From Salpingoeca rosetta (Eukaryota; Protista; Choanoflagellata): a stretch of DNA of 64,000 nucleotides. Below are positions 13,276-46,642 of this stretch, piece by piece. Numbering within the stretch: the stretch's first letter is position 1; each line of letters begins with the position of its first letter. Under the pieces are notes generated by a model that was given only the letters and a program-made list of their open reading frames with translations, did not search any database and was not told where the DNA came from. The stretch is from the NCBI GenBank assembly GCA_033442325.1, contig JAWQFM010000015.1:250843-314842 (forward strand). Direction: 5' to 3'. A program made the position numbers and the translations under genes.

Positions 13276-14805
13276 ATGACGACGACGATGACGACGCCGC
13301 CGCCGCGAGAGGCGCCTGCACAGGCACGAGCGCTGTTTGATCGCTTCACAATGGGCATGGTGCAAACGTTGGAAGAGTGCGAGCATGTCGTGGACATTCG
13401 GAGCAAGCCCGCAGTGCCGTGCACCAGCTCGCAAATCGCCACTTGGGAAAGCACGCACACCCACCGGCTCCCCACAGATGTCAAGGACTTCTACCTCAGC
13501 TCCAACGGCCTGCAAATTGCGTGGACCGTGCTCTTCGGCCAGCAGATCCTGCCCCTCGGGTGGCTGCACATCAACGCCCTCGGCGATCTCAAGCCCGTGT
13601 CCGCCACATCCTCGTCTGCGACTTCCATGGCTGGCACCAGCAAGGCCAGGGCCTCCAAGCTGCCAGAGGGCGTTGAGGAGTTTCTCAAGTCCACCAGCGT
13701 CGCAGATGATACCCTCACCATCAAGCGGAGGAGACACATGCCGTTCCGAGCGTTTGCCCTTTCGCCTTGCGGCACGCACGCCACCGTGTGCCTCACCTTC
13801 ACACATCCATCGCCGTCCATCTGGCTCCTGGACCGCAGCAAGACGTGGCACATGATCGCACGCACGTTCACCGAGTACTACCGCCTGATGACCCTGTACC
13901 TTGGCCTGCCGGAGTGGCAGTATGCGCTCACGACACTTGGGCCTTTGCCCGACACCCGCCGCTGGCTGCACGCCTTTGTACCCCCGCACGTCCTGCGCGA
14001 CAACGCCCACGAAAGTGGTGGCGGCAGTGGTGGCGGTGGTGGTAATCAGCACGGCAGCACTCGAGATGGTGCTTCCAATGGCAGTGCGTGGACTGTTGCG
14101 GGCAGCACGGATCGCAGCGTCAGCCCACAGGGCACAGGCACCGACCACCATCATCAACATCATCAACATCATCAACAACACCACCAACGACAACAAAACG
14201 TGGTGGGCAGCAGCACGTGGCCCAACAGGCATGGTAGCGATGGTGATGGCGATGGTGGCACCACTGTCGCTGATGGCACGGTCGGTGCACGCTCCCGGCG
14301 CACGAGGGCTCAGTCTGCACTGCCAACATCCGCGCGATCGCAGCTGCGTGGCGAAAGCAGCGGCCGATACGACGCTGCCGGCAATGGGGCGGTGGCATCA
14401 AGGCATCGCCTAAAGAGCGCTGCACCTGGGCGCTCCCGGCGAGCGTCACGTGATCACCGCGACGCAGGCGCTGTCTCCACCACCACACACGCAACCAAGT
14501 TCACCAGCGGCGGCAGCAGCGGCGGCGGTGCGAATATGGGGGCGACCGCAGCAGCGGCAGCACACACGCGACGGGCCATGTCCAAGCTGGACCTGGAGAC
14601 GGTGATGCGCCGCGTGCGCAACACCGTGGTGAGCCCATCCAAAGGTGATGGTGGTGGTGGTGGTGAGCAGCAGCACCAGCACCAGCAGCAGCAGCAGCAG
14701 CAGGTGCGGTCGAGTCAAGCACGACCGCCTCGGCCATTGAGCGGCGCGACGACACCCGGCACCACACGCACGACGTCACGCACCAGCGCCACTTCCAAGC
14801 AATAG
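13276..14805 (+). CDS. TPGS2: Tubulin polyglutamylase complex subunit 2-like (SMI1/KNR4-like domain) with long low-complexity C-terminus; intronless, 509 aa
   Basis: IATWE...LPTDVKDFYLSSNGLQIAW...PLGWLHINAL..L and IWLLDRSKTWHMIARTFTEYYRLMTLYLGLPEWQY are characteristic TPGS2 motifs. Confidence 0.87.
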   Translation: MTTTMTTPPPREAPAQARALFDRFTMGMVQTLEECEHVVDIRSKPAVPCTSSQIATWESTHTHRLPTDVKDFYLSSNGLQIAWTVLFGQQILPLGWLHINALGDLKPVSATSSSATSMAGTSKARASKLPEGVEEFLKSTSVADDTLTIKRRRHMPFRAFALSPCGTHATVCLTFTHPSPSIWLLDRSKTWHMIARTFTEYYRLMTLYLGLPEWQYALTTLGPLPDTRRWLHAFVPPHVLRDNAHESGGGSGGGGGNQHGSTRDGASNGSAWTVAGSTDRSVSPQGTGTDHHHQHHQHHQQHHQRQQNVVGSSTWPNRHGSDGDGDGGTTVADGTVGARSRRTRAQSALPTSARSQLRGESSGRYDAAGNGAVASRHRLKSAAPGRSRRASRDHRDAGAVSTTTHATKFTSGGSSGGGANMGATAAAAAHTRRAMSKLDLETVMRRVRNTVVSPSKGDGGGGGEQQHQHQQQQQQQVRSSQARPPRPLSGATTPGTTRTTSRTSATSKQ

Positions 14806-14808
14806 CAC

Positions 14809-14882
<74 letters not shown>

Positions 14883-14884
<2 letters not shown>

Positions 14885-15224
14885 TCTCATCCTGTGCGGT
14901 CAGAACTTGCCAACGTGCAGCCTATTTACCAGGGGGACCGGTGGACCGGGATTAATTTTAATGGGACGGGAACGTCTATGGACGACCTAATCACTGCAAT
15001 TAAAGTGGTCAGCCACTCATCTACAATGATCTTCAGAGAATAGCCGGATTAAGAGTACCCCGAAAAGAGGAGGGTAACATAAATCGGCTTGACTCCTTGG
15101 GGAACTACACCCCCAGTGAGCGTGCAACTGTCATGCGGTGTATCCTTACTGGGCCTCCACTTGTGACATATGAGTCGTCTGTGACTAGAATTTGAGAAGA
15201 ACCCGTGGCGCCATCCATGTCACA
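14883..15224. mobile_element. Compositionally foreign 342-bp insert, possibly a solo LTR or a transposon/viral fragment
   Basis: Repeat-free, TA-rich sequence unlike its surroundings. Begins TGTCTCAT and ends ATGTCACA (TG...CA, 6/8 inverted-repeat match) and sits between (GT)n and (CA)n tracts. No target-site duplication seen. Confidence 0.35.
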
Positions 15225-15258
15225 GGGAGAGAGAGAGTGTGTGTGTGTCACACACACC

Positions 15259-15315
<57 letters not shown>

Positions 15316-15719
15316 CCTTTCCTCTGCCGATAATCAGCGTATGATTTTGTGCAATTTTCCTTTGTGTGGCTTGGCCGTTGCTGTCTGTTGTTTGTTGTTG
15401 GACAGATTTGCGCTTTGTATTTTTCGTCGCGCATGCACACAGCTGGCGGATATCGACCTGCGAGACACACCAGGGAAGGAACGCAAAGCATCAAGCAAGC
15501 AAACAAGGCTGGCTCACTCGCTTGTGCACCCCTCTTGCGATCTGCAGAAGCGCAGGGATCCAGCCACTGTTTGGGCTTTGCACAAAGTGATATTGTGACA
15601 AACGCAGAAGCAGGCCACCGAACAGACGTGTCTTGTTGTTTGCTTGCACTCTGCTGTTGCCGTTGAGTTTGCATTTGTGGCCCTTTGTTAGCTTGCCGCT
15701 CCAACGATTGCACGCCACC

Positions 15720-21632
<5,913 letters not shown>

Positions 21633-22550
21633 TCGCAGCCAATATGTGTGTGTGTGTGTTCAAGACAACGCAATGGGGAACAAGATAATGGCGCAAGCAC
21701 GATCCTCGCTCTTGTTCCAATGTCTCCCAAAGCCGTGTCCCTTCTGGCCTGTTTTCGCATAGCGTAGCCCAGTGTGCATTGCTTGTCGCTATTCGTTGCT
21801 GTTCTTTCTGCGTCATTTTCTTGCGTGCCTTTGCTGGCGTCCATGGGTGTACATCGTTGTATGTGCACGTGCGTGTGTGTGTGTGTGTGTGTTGGCTCAT
21901 AATTGCTTTTTCACATTTTTCTTTCTGCAAGTGCTGGAACGTTCGTGCCACTTGTTCATGTGCGCAACTTTGATTGGTTGTTGTGATTGTGCGTGCTTGC
22001 GTGTGTGTGTCTGTGTGTGTGTGTGTGTCCGTCTGTTCCATTAGCCCTTACTTCATTTCTTCCGTCGCTGCCTGTTGCGTTGCCTCGTGCTTCCTCTCAT
22101 GTTTCTCTGTCTCTGTTGTCATGTCGTTACAATCCCACGCTGTGTTTGCTTTAACATACACCGTTCCTGTCCAATCCCAACGAGGCATGCACCACGCTTC
22201 CTTTGGTGTAGCGTGTGCGCATGTGCGTGTGTATGCGTTGTGCGACAGCAGACATGTATTCTTCTTCGTGGACGCACGCGCACACGCAGAACGTGCAAAA
22301 CAAGCGCAAACAAGCAGTGCGAAGGAGGGCACGAAGGCACAACAACAAGCAACGAAGCAGCAAAGAAGCAACCAAAACAAGCAAACAAACCAAAGGCAAC
22401 ACGCAGAGCTCGCACACACGCAAAACGTGTAAGCATCGACATGTGCGTGCACGTGAGTGTGTGTGCACGTGCATGTGTGTGTGCGTGCACGTGCATTTGT
22501 GTGTGTATGTGTGTGTGTGTGTGCGTGTGTGTGTGTGTGTGTGTGTGCGT

Positions 22551-25258
<2,708 letters not shown>

Positions 25259-25514
25259 CGTGGACGGAAGGACGGAAGGAAGCCGTGGACAGGGCGGTTG
25301 TGACACACAGACAGTCAGTGCCGCTTGTTGCTTGTTGGGCTTGCTTGCTTTGTTGCGCACTGTTGTTGATATCTGCTATATTTTTGAGTGTCGTGTCGCC
25401 CACTATCGCTTTGGCGCGCTCGCACATCCACATACGCTGACGCACACGAAAACACGACACACACCAACCCGCATCGGCCCCACGACGCTTTAGCAGGCAA
25501 GTGGGGAGGGAATC

Positions 25515-31655
<6,141 letters not shown>

Positions 31656-32309
31656 GCGCTGACACGCCTGTCTGTAAGTGTGCGTGTGCGTGCGTGTGTG
31701 TGTGTGTGTCTGCGTTAGCGTATCTGTTGTCTGCGTTAGCGTGTCTGTTGTCTGTGTGTCTGTGTGTCTGTGTGTGCATGCCTGCGTCACACTGCGGCGC
31801 GTCTCCGTTTGAAGATGACCCTTCCGCACCAGTGCACTCGTGCATGACATGAGATGGGATGAACTTGCTTTCCGATAAACTCATTGATGATCATTCACCT
31901 CTTCACCTTTGTGAGTGACGAGACCCCTCGCAACACCCCTTGCAACATCCGTCTGTTGTGTGGTTGTTGATGCGCACTTCTCCACATATCCACCATTCAC
32001 GGCGAGAGGAAAGTTGGCGGGTAAAGGGTCGAAAGGACAGTTTGTGCAAATCGCCCAAAGAGAAACTTTGTCATTGCACTACAAAATGTCGGACGCTCCT
32101 CACATTATTCAGATTATTCTTGCACAACCCACAAACTGTCACGCCACGGCGCGCTAACACACCGCAGTTCCCGCGTGGGTCAAGGCATTCCTTGTTCCAT
32201 TTCCTCACATAAGCTCCTTTGCACCCACAGCACGCCCCAACACGAGCCAGACCACCGGCCGACCCATTGCCCAGCACCTTCACGCACTCCCCAAAACCAA
32301 AGAGCAACA

Positions 32310-33841
32310 ATGGACCCTTCGAAGAACTGGACGCAGAGCGACAACACCGGCGCCAGTAGCAGCTCCAGCCCAAGCAGCTCCAGCAGCTCCAGCAGCTCCA
32401 GCTCAAGCTCCAAGAACAACACCAACACCAACAGCATGGACATGGATGTGGATATGGAGGCTGACGCTATGGATGTGGCACCCGACGCGTCCAAGGCTGA
32501 GCCTGCATCAAGCTCCAAGCCAGGTGCGCGTGCCATGGTGACTGCAGATGACCACGACCCCAGCGACAACTTCCTCAACACCAATGGAGAGGCCGACGTC
32601 ATCCAACTCATGCAGAACATGGCTCTGGAAGTGGACCGACGCCACCCAGTGATTGTGCCGCCGGAAGAAGACAAGCAAGATGACGACGGCAGCAACACCA
32701 TCCGCGTCGACAACGGCGTCCTCGACCTCCGAGGTATCCTCGTCCCTTGTGTCGAGGGTGACGAGTATCCGCAAGTCGGAAAAGGGCTGCTGACAACAGC
32801 AGACTTGCTTGAGGTGGCAAAGCGGCGCGCCCAGCCCAACACCAACCGCGAGGGGGGTAGACCCGATCATGACAACGGCGACGGCGGCAACCGCGGCGAT
32901 GCTCGCGTCGATGACGATGATGATGATGACGACGACGACGATGACGACGGTGAACATGTCGACGAGGACGACGACGACGACGAGGACCAGGACGACGAGG
33001 ACGAGCGCCCGCCTCTCAAAGTGGACTGGCCCACCATCTCCACCATTTGCTTCACGCGCCGCCAGTGGGGCCTGATGGACACGTGCCACATTCTCCTCGC
33101 GTGCCGGTGGCTTGCTGCAGGCAACCCAGAGTTTACCGGTATCAACCTGGTTGGCATCGACCTCAAGCGCGGACAGAGCGAGAACCAACCGCACTGCAAT
33201 ACCCCTACGCGAGACGACCGAGCCCAAGCCCTGGCTGGCCCTGAGTTCACCAAGCAACTGGTGCGTTTTGTTTGCGTGGTGTGTATGCATGTGTGTATGT
33301 GTGCATGTGTGCATGTGTGCATGTGTGCATGTGTGCATGTCCGTGTGCGTCTGTGTGTGTGATTGTCTGTGTGTGTGTGTGTGCAAGTGTGCGTATGCGT
33401 GTGTATGTGTGTATGTTTGTGTGTGCCTATCTTTCTGCCCCTGCAACTGCGAGGATGGGCAAGCTGGTTTGTTTGTTTGTTGTTGGCACACACTGTGGTG
33501 CTTCACTGTCGAAGCACAGCCACTTCCCACTCACGCCGCACTCGTTGCTGCGCTTCATTGTCGCTCGACAGGTCAAGGCACTTGAGGAGTACATTGTGCA
33601 GAACGGAGGCGTTCCTGTGTATCACCATGTGAACCGAGCCCAGGATGACAATGTCGTCAGAGCTGGCAAGGCCAGGCTTGCTCGCAACGCTGTCAACGCG
33701 CGCCACACCGCAAACGCAGACAATGCCAGGATTGCGCGCAGGAAGACGGTCCTGCGCGTGAGAGTGCGTATGGGCCAGGTCGAGCGAAGGCTCCCACTCG
33801 ACCACCGTGCCGTGTTTGAACTCCTTCAAGACGAAGCTTGA
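32310..33841 (+). CDS. Hypothetical protein, 2 exons (32310-33260, 33572-33841), about 406 aa
   Basis: Long GC-rich, codon-like ORF starting at ATG 32310. A phase-0 GT-AG intron joins ...FTKQL|VKALEEYIV... to TGA 33839-33841. No family recognised. Confidence 0.65.
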
Positions 33842-34667
33842 GCCAACAGCAGGCTCATCTTCACAAGACAGAACAGCTGTGCTATGCTGTGCTCGGCTTG
33901 TTTCTTGTAGTCCAATGCGTCGCAAAGGTGACGCTTTGAGGCTTTGGATTTGCGTTTGTACAGTGTGTATGTACGTGCACGTGTGTGCCTTTGTACACGT
34001 TTCTTTTCTTCTTCTTTTCTTTTCGTCCCTGTGTGATCTGGACGCTTCGCATTGTCAGTTTGCGCGCTAGCATGCTTCATTCATGGAGATGTATCGCAGC
34101 ACCAATGCAATGTAATGTTCCCACCCTCTTGGTCCTTTTCTTTTTTCCTTTTGCGTATTGTTTGCGCTCGTGTTGCGTGTACGTATCTCTGTCGCCTGCT
34201 GCTTTTTCTGCACTTCTGCCTGGCATGGTACTGCACCACACCAGGTCAAGCGCTGGCAGCATTCGTGTGTGTGTTCCCTTTAGGTTGCTGCTTTCGTTCA
34301 TTGTTGTTTGTGCATGCTTTCTCGTTTCGTGATGCGCTTTGTGCGCCGTAGTGTTGTTGCGCAAGACAATGAACAGAGTGATGATGGTTTCTGAAAGCAG
34401 GGCTTGAACGAAGGTGTGGATGTGCTTGTACTTGAACGAGACACAAGGATAACAAATTCCCAAAAAGCGAACAAACACTACAAGGGGAGGAGGGTCAGTT
34501 ACTCGTGACAGGTGCGTGCACAACGCAACAGAAGCCTACACAGTCAAACAACAGAACATGCATGCACGCACAACAAACGCAACAAAAGGACGGTCTATTC
34601 GACTCGTGACTGGATGGGATGGGGCAGGGGCTTCAGTCACGCTCTGCTACAAATCAACAGCACTCCG

Positions 34668-41440
<6,773 letters not shown>

Positions 41441-41538
41441 ACTGCCGCGCAATCACTCAACGTGCACGGCGCCGCCGTTGCTGTGGGCTGGACCGTGCAA
41501 CAGCGTCGCTCAAACCAAAGTCGTGGCCGTTGACCCTG

Positions 41539-41618
<80 letters not shown>

Positions 41619-43154
41619 TGGATGGATGAGTGGATGTGTGGACAGACGTGTGGATGGGTGAATGCCCCGTTGTTCGCAGAAGAACAGCAGCCGCAAATAC
41701 AAACAACAAACGTGTGTCCGAGCAAACAAAGTACCTCAACCCACGTGGCTGTGATGTGATGTGTGTGTGTGCTTGTGTTGTGTTACATTACTGTGCGCCA
41801 CGCAAGCTTTCGCAGCACTGAATGTCACCAAGCACATCCGTGCGTGCAAGCGTGTCGTCTCACCGTGCTTCTTGTCTCTGGTTGTACCTTGTGTGTGTGT
41901 GTGTGTGTCACACCCGGCCTTGTGTGCCAGCAGCGTGGGTTTGTTGTGTTGTTGATCTTGGAGGCGTTTGTGCGGGGCGATTTCCGCAATCCATCACAAT
42001 CAGCAGCGGCCGCCATTCAAAAATAAACACAGCTCTTTGTGCGCGTTGCTGATGACTTGACAGCAATTGGAGAGATGGCCTGACTCGCCGCTGTGGTTGT
42101 CATGTCATGCCATTGATGCGAGTGTGCACCAGACACAGGGTGTGCAGTTTGTGGTCGTCTCCCTGCTTTGCACCTTCATTGCGCTACGCTTTCTTGCTCC
42201 AAGCATGTGCGATTTGGGGGGTTTTGCTGTTTGCGTTGGACACACACAACGCGACACGCTACGGCTGGGCAGAACCCGCAAAAGAAACGCAAGTGCGGGA
42301 AAGCAGTAGCAGCAGCTATGCCAACGTTGCCCAGAAAAGGAGGAGATCCAACAAGGAAGGAAACAGGGAGAGGAAGGGGAGCAAGAGAGTTCACGGGGCG
42401 CGACACGCAAACACCTCAGCCAGGCACACGGCGACAAAGCCCACACAATACATGTACACACGCGCACATACACAGTCGACAATCACGGGTAGAGAGACAA
42501 GTTTCCAAAACAAATGCACAGAGAAGAAGCAAGTGTGCTTGGTTCAATGCTGCGAGGCTTCACTTCACATTCACACATGCAGACAACACGACAGCACGCG
42601 CGTACACGTACACATACACTCACATGCCGGTGGAATCACCACCAAACACTGCAAATGGGGAAGAGGAGGAACAAAGAAATGGGAAACGCAAGGAGGAAGA
42701 AGAGGAGGGGGAAAATGCGACACATGCACAACGGCGAAAACGTGCGAGCCGCCGCAAGCACGCCACGCAGCAAGCAAGGTGCCACGTGCGCAAACGCACA
42801 GCCCAATGGACACCACACCGCTACCAAGTCAAAGGGGAAAAGGAGGGGACTGGGTCGAGCGAACCTCAGACCGCAAAGGCGGAATGACAAGGAACACCGA
42901 CAAAGAGAGTGGGCAGGGGAAAGGCTTGACATGGCAGACAGGCAGTTTGGAGAGACGATGCGCGGGGCAGAAAGGGGGAAAAGAAAAGAGGACACGAAAG
43001 AGCACGACAATAGGACATAACGTCACATGAAGAGAACACACGAAACAAAGCCAGCAACGCCACAACTCTCCCACACGATCCCGCCTTAGATCTGGAAGAC
43101 GAGGGAGGGAGGAGGCGACGCCACCAAGTTCATTTCACGAGGCCAATCTGTCCT

Positions 43155-43779
43155 TTAGTTCTCGTCATCGCCGTCCACGTTGTCGGTGTCCGAGGTCCAG
43201 AGCTGATGGTTGAAAGTGCAAAACAAGAGGAAGCGGAGGGAGCAGAGCATGGTAACAGGAAGAGCGGGTGAGTGGATGATCGCAGTCGTGTAATCCAGCG
43301 ACAAGGTCAACACACACACACAACACTGCAGATCCAGCGACTGATAGTGGCACTCATACACGAGAACGGGAACACCACCACCACCACGACCAAACAATGT
43401 TTCATTCGTACCGTGAGGTTGTCGCGCAGCAGCTGCATGATGAGTGTGCTGTCTTTGTACGACTCCTCGTTGAGGGTGTCGAGCTCGGCAATGGCGTCGT
43501 CAAACGCCTGCTTGGCAAGGTGGCAGGCCTTGTCGGGGGTGTTCTTGATCTCGTAGTAGAAGACGGAGAAGTTGAGGGCAAGGCCGAGGCGGATGGGGTG
43601 CGTGGGCGCCATCTCGGATTTGCTGATGTCAAGGGCCGCCTGGTAGGCCTCCTGCGAGTCGTTGACAATCTCTGCACAGTCGGAACAGTAAGTGCGCAAG
43701 GGGCATGTGGATGAGTGTGGAAGAGAGAAGAGAGTGTGTGAGAGGATAGAGAAAGACAGACAGACAGAGAGAGAGAGAG

Positions 43780-43814
<35 letters not shown>

Positions 43815-44550
43815 AAGAGAGAGAGAGAAAGAGAGAGAGAGAGTGTGTGTGTGTGTGCAGCAGCAGCAGCAGCAACAAAAACAACAACACGTGTACAAAT
43901 GCACACAACCCACAGAAAACACACGAAAACAGCAAAGAGATGCAACGTACTGTCGCGGTCGTCGCCGGTTGCGACCTCAGCGAGGTAGCGGTAGTAGTCG
44001 CCCTTCATCTTGAGGTAGAAGACCTTGCTCTCAGAGTTGGTGGACTTGGGGACGAGGTGGTCGTCCAGGAGTTTCTGATGAAAGAGAACCAAGGAAGCAG
44101 TGAGAAAGGCACGTTGTGCGAACGCGTGTTTGGCGGAGCAGAGACTTGGCAACCGTAATCGCTCGCTCAAATTGAGAAACCACACCAACCCACAGAAACA
44201 AAGCACACCGCTACCACCAAGGTGATACAAAAAGGTTGCACGGTTTGACTTACCAGGACCTCCTCGCAGATGGTCTTGAGCTCACCCTCAATCTTCTCCC
44301 TGTACTCCTTGGCCATCGACTGCTTGCGCTCGTTGCTCTCGGTCTTCTGTTCGATGGAGGAGATGACACGCCAGGACGAGCGGCGGGTGCCGACAACGTT
44401 CTTGTAGGCGACGGAGAGGAGGTTGCGCTCCTCGGGGCTGAGCTCGCTGTCCATCTCGGTGACCTTCTTCATGGCCGCGGCCATGTCCTCGTAGCGCTCG
44501 GCCTGCTCGGCGAGCTTGGCCTGTGTCACGGTATCGTCCCGCTCAGACAT
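43155..44550 (-). CDS. 14-3-3 protein, 4 coding exons
   Basis: [23 protein letters not shown]...[74 protein letters not shown]|LWTSD. Confidence 0.98.
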
Positions 44551-45720
44551 GATGCTGTTTGTTGTGGGATAAGGGGGTGTTCTGCAGGCCAACAGGAACA
44601 AGAGAGCCAAGACAGAGACCGTGAGTGTGTGAGTGAGGGATGGCTTGAGTGTGTGCGTGTGAAACAACAAAGATGCCGGCGATAGCTGGTGTTGGTTCGT
44701 CGTCTGTATGCTGTTGTCGTTTGTTCAGCCTCCTCACACAACACGCACACATCCACAAAAGCACACTCTCACGGCGCCACCAATGAATCGACTCAAACCA
44801 CCAACAACACACCAAAGAACTGGGTGGAAACTGACAGCGAAGCAAGCGCAAGGAAAGACAGAGAGGAGAGGAGAGGAGAGGGATTGAACAGGGGTTGGAA
44901 ATGCAAGCGAACAAGAGAGAGATGCAACACAAAGGGTGGGTGCGGGAAAGGTAGCACAGAGAAACAAGATGGAGCGAAAGACACACGGAAGGAACCCCGT
45001 TGCGAAGACAGCCAACAAACAAAAGCCAAGGAGAAAGCGGGTGTATCTTGAAACAGTCAAAGTAAAGTAAAGTGTACAGGCGGCACCACCCGAAAGCAAG
45101 AGCAGAAACAAGGGCAAGCGAGCGCGCGTGATCGGAACACCATTCAGTGCGGAACCACACAGCCCCATCTCGTGCGTGTGTGTTGGTTGCATGTTTGGTG
45201 TGTTGTGCACGCTTTGACACCCATCAACAAAGCGACAACAAATCAGAGGCAGGGCAAACGGTTGAATGGGCTACGGTTCGGTGAACAAGAAACAAACACA
45301 GCCCCATGGTTGAGGCAAGGCGAGGCGAGGACTGAGTCCACCATCAGCACCACCATCACCTCAACCCAAACAAAACAGGGAGCGGGGATGGAACAAAGCC
45401 AACAACCGTTGAAACCAAACACACAAACAGCAAACTCAAGAGGTAGGGAGGGGGAGGTGTGGACCTTGCCACACCCAGCCATCTCTACACCCATTGACGG
45501 TCACCCACAGCTCGGAGCACACGAACAACAACCAACAACCAACAACCAACAACGCTCAGCACCACAAAAGCTGCCGTCCGTCCGCTGCTGGTGCTGTTGG
45601 CGAACCACCACCACCACCAATGTCGTGCATGAAATCCATCCATCACTCGCTGCACACGGCGTTGGCTTCGTGTGTGCATGATGGCTCCCCGCTTCAGTCG
45701 CCTCTCCCAGAGAGCCACGC

Positions 45721-45755
<35 letters not shown>

Positions 45756-46370
45756 CTGATCCAAACACCAAGCTCCCATCCCCCATCACCATCACCAAGC
45801 GCGGCAGGTTGCTTGTGCTTGCCTACCTGTTGAGTTGAAGGGCTGAGTTGGCGCTGTGGTGGCAAGCGGTTGTGTGTGTGAATGTGTGCAGTAAGAAAAA
45901 CTCTCTTTCTCCTTTCCTCTGGCTGGCAAGAGCAAAGAAGCAACAGCGGAAAGAAAAAAAACGACGGATGCTGTGTGTGTGTGGCCTGAACGGACGTTGC
46001 AAAGAAAGAAAGAATTTTGTGGACTTTTGGTGAATGATTTCTATTGATTGTCGGGGTTCGATGGTGCGGAAGTTGTAATTGCTGGAGCGGCAAAAATGGG
46101 GCTCAGCTCATAACACACTATCCACCATCGAAACGAACAGATGCACGATTGCAGCAATCGTCCACCAAAAGCGCCAGGACAAAACAAGCAAGAAAAACGA
46201 CATCTATTTTTGGATGGAACCGGGCGAATGGGTTGGCAAGTGTGTTGTGGTGTGTGTGCTTGTGTGTTTGTGTGTTGTGTGTTGGCGTCAGTTGGTTCTT
46301 TCCCTTCTTCTTGCTGTCTGTCATCCTTGCCTTGCGTTGTCCCTTGCCTGTGCCTTTTGGGTTTGGTTGG

Positions 46371-46600
46371 TTAAGCCTCCTCTTGGAGTTCCAGGAGGGT
46401 TTCCAGCTCCTCCACCAGCGTCTCAAAGCGATAGGCGCAGCGCGTATCAGGCACGTTGGATTGCCTATGTTTGGGTGTGTGTGGGAGGGGGGAGATGTGT
46501 GTGATGTGTGTGTGTGTGAGGGATGCAAGGATGGCAAACGTGCACACACATACTCGCGCGCGCACACACCTCACGTATGCACACATCCCCCCCCCGACGC

Positions 46601-46642
<42 letters not shown>

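Noticed and set aside
13057-14232. 391-aa antisense ORF over TPGS2, and similar long antisense ORFs over lipin and PPP6R
   Set aside because: Shadow ORFs typical of GC-rich coding strands, with no recognisable motifs.
42107-43030. 307-aa plus-strand ORF between lipin and 14-3-3
   Set aside because: It is antisense to the pyrimidine-rich 14-3-3 3' region, and has low-complexity composition with no coding-like codon pattern.
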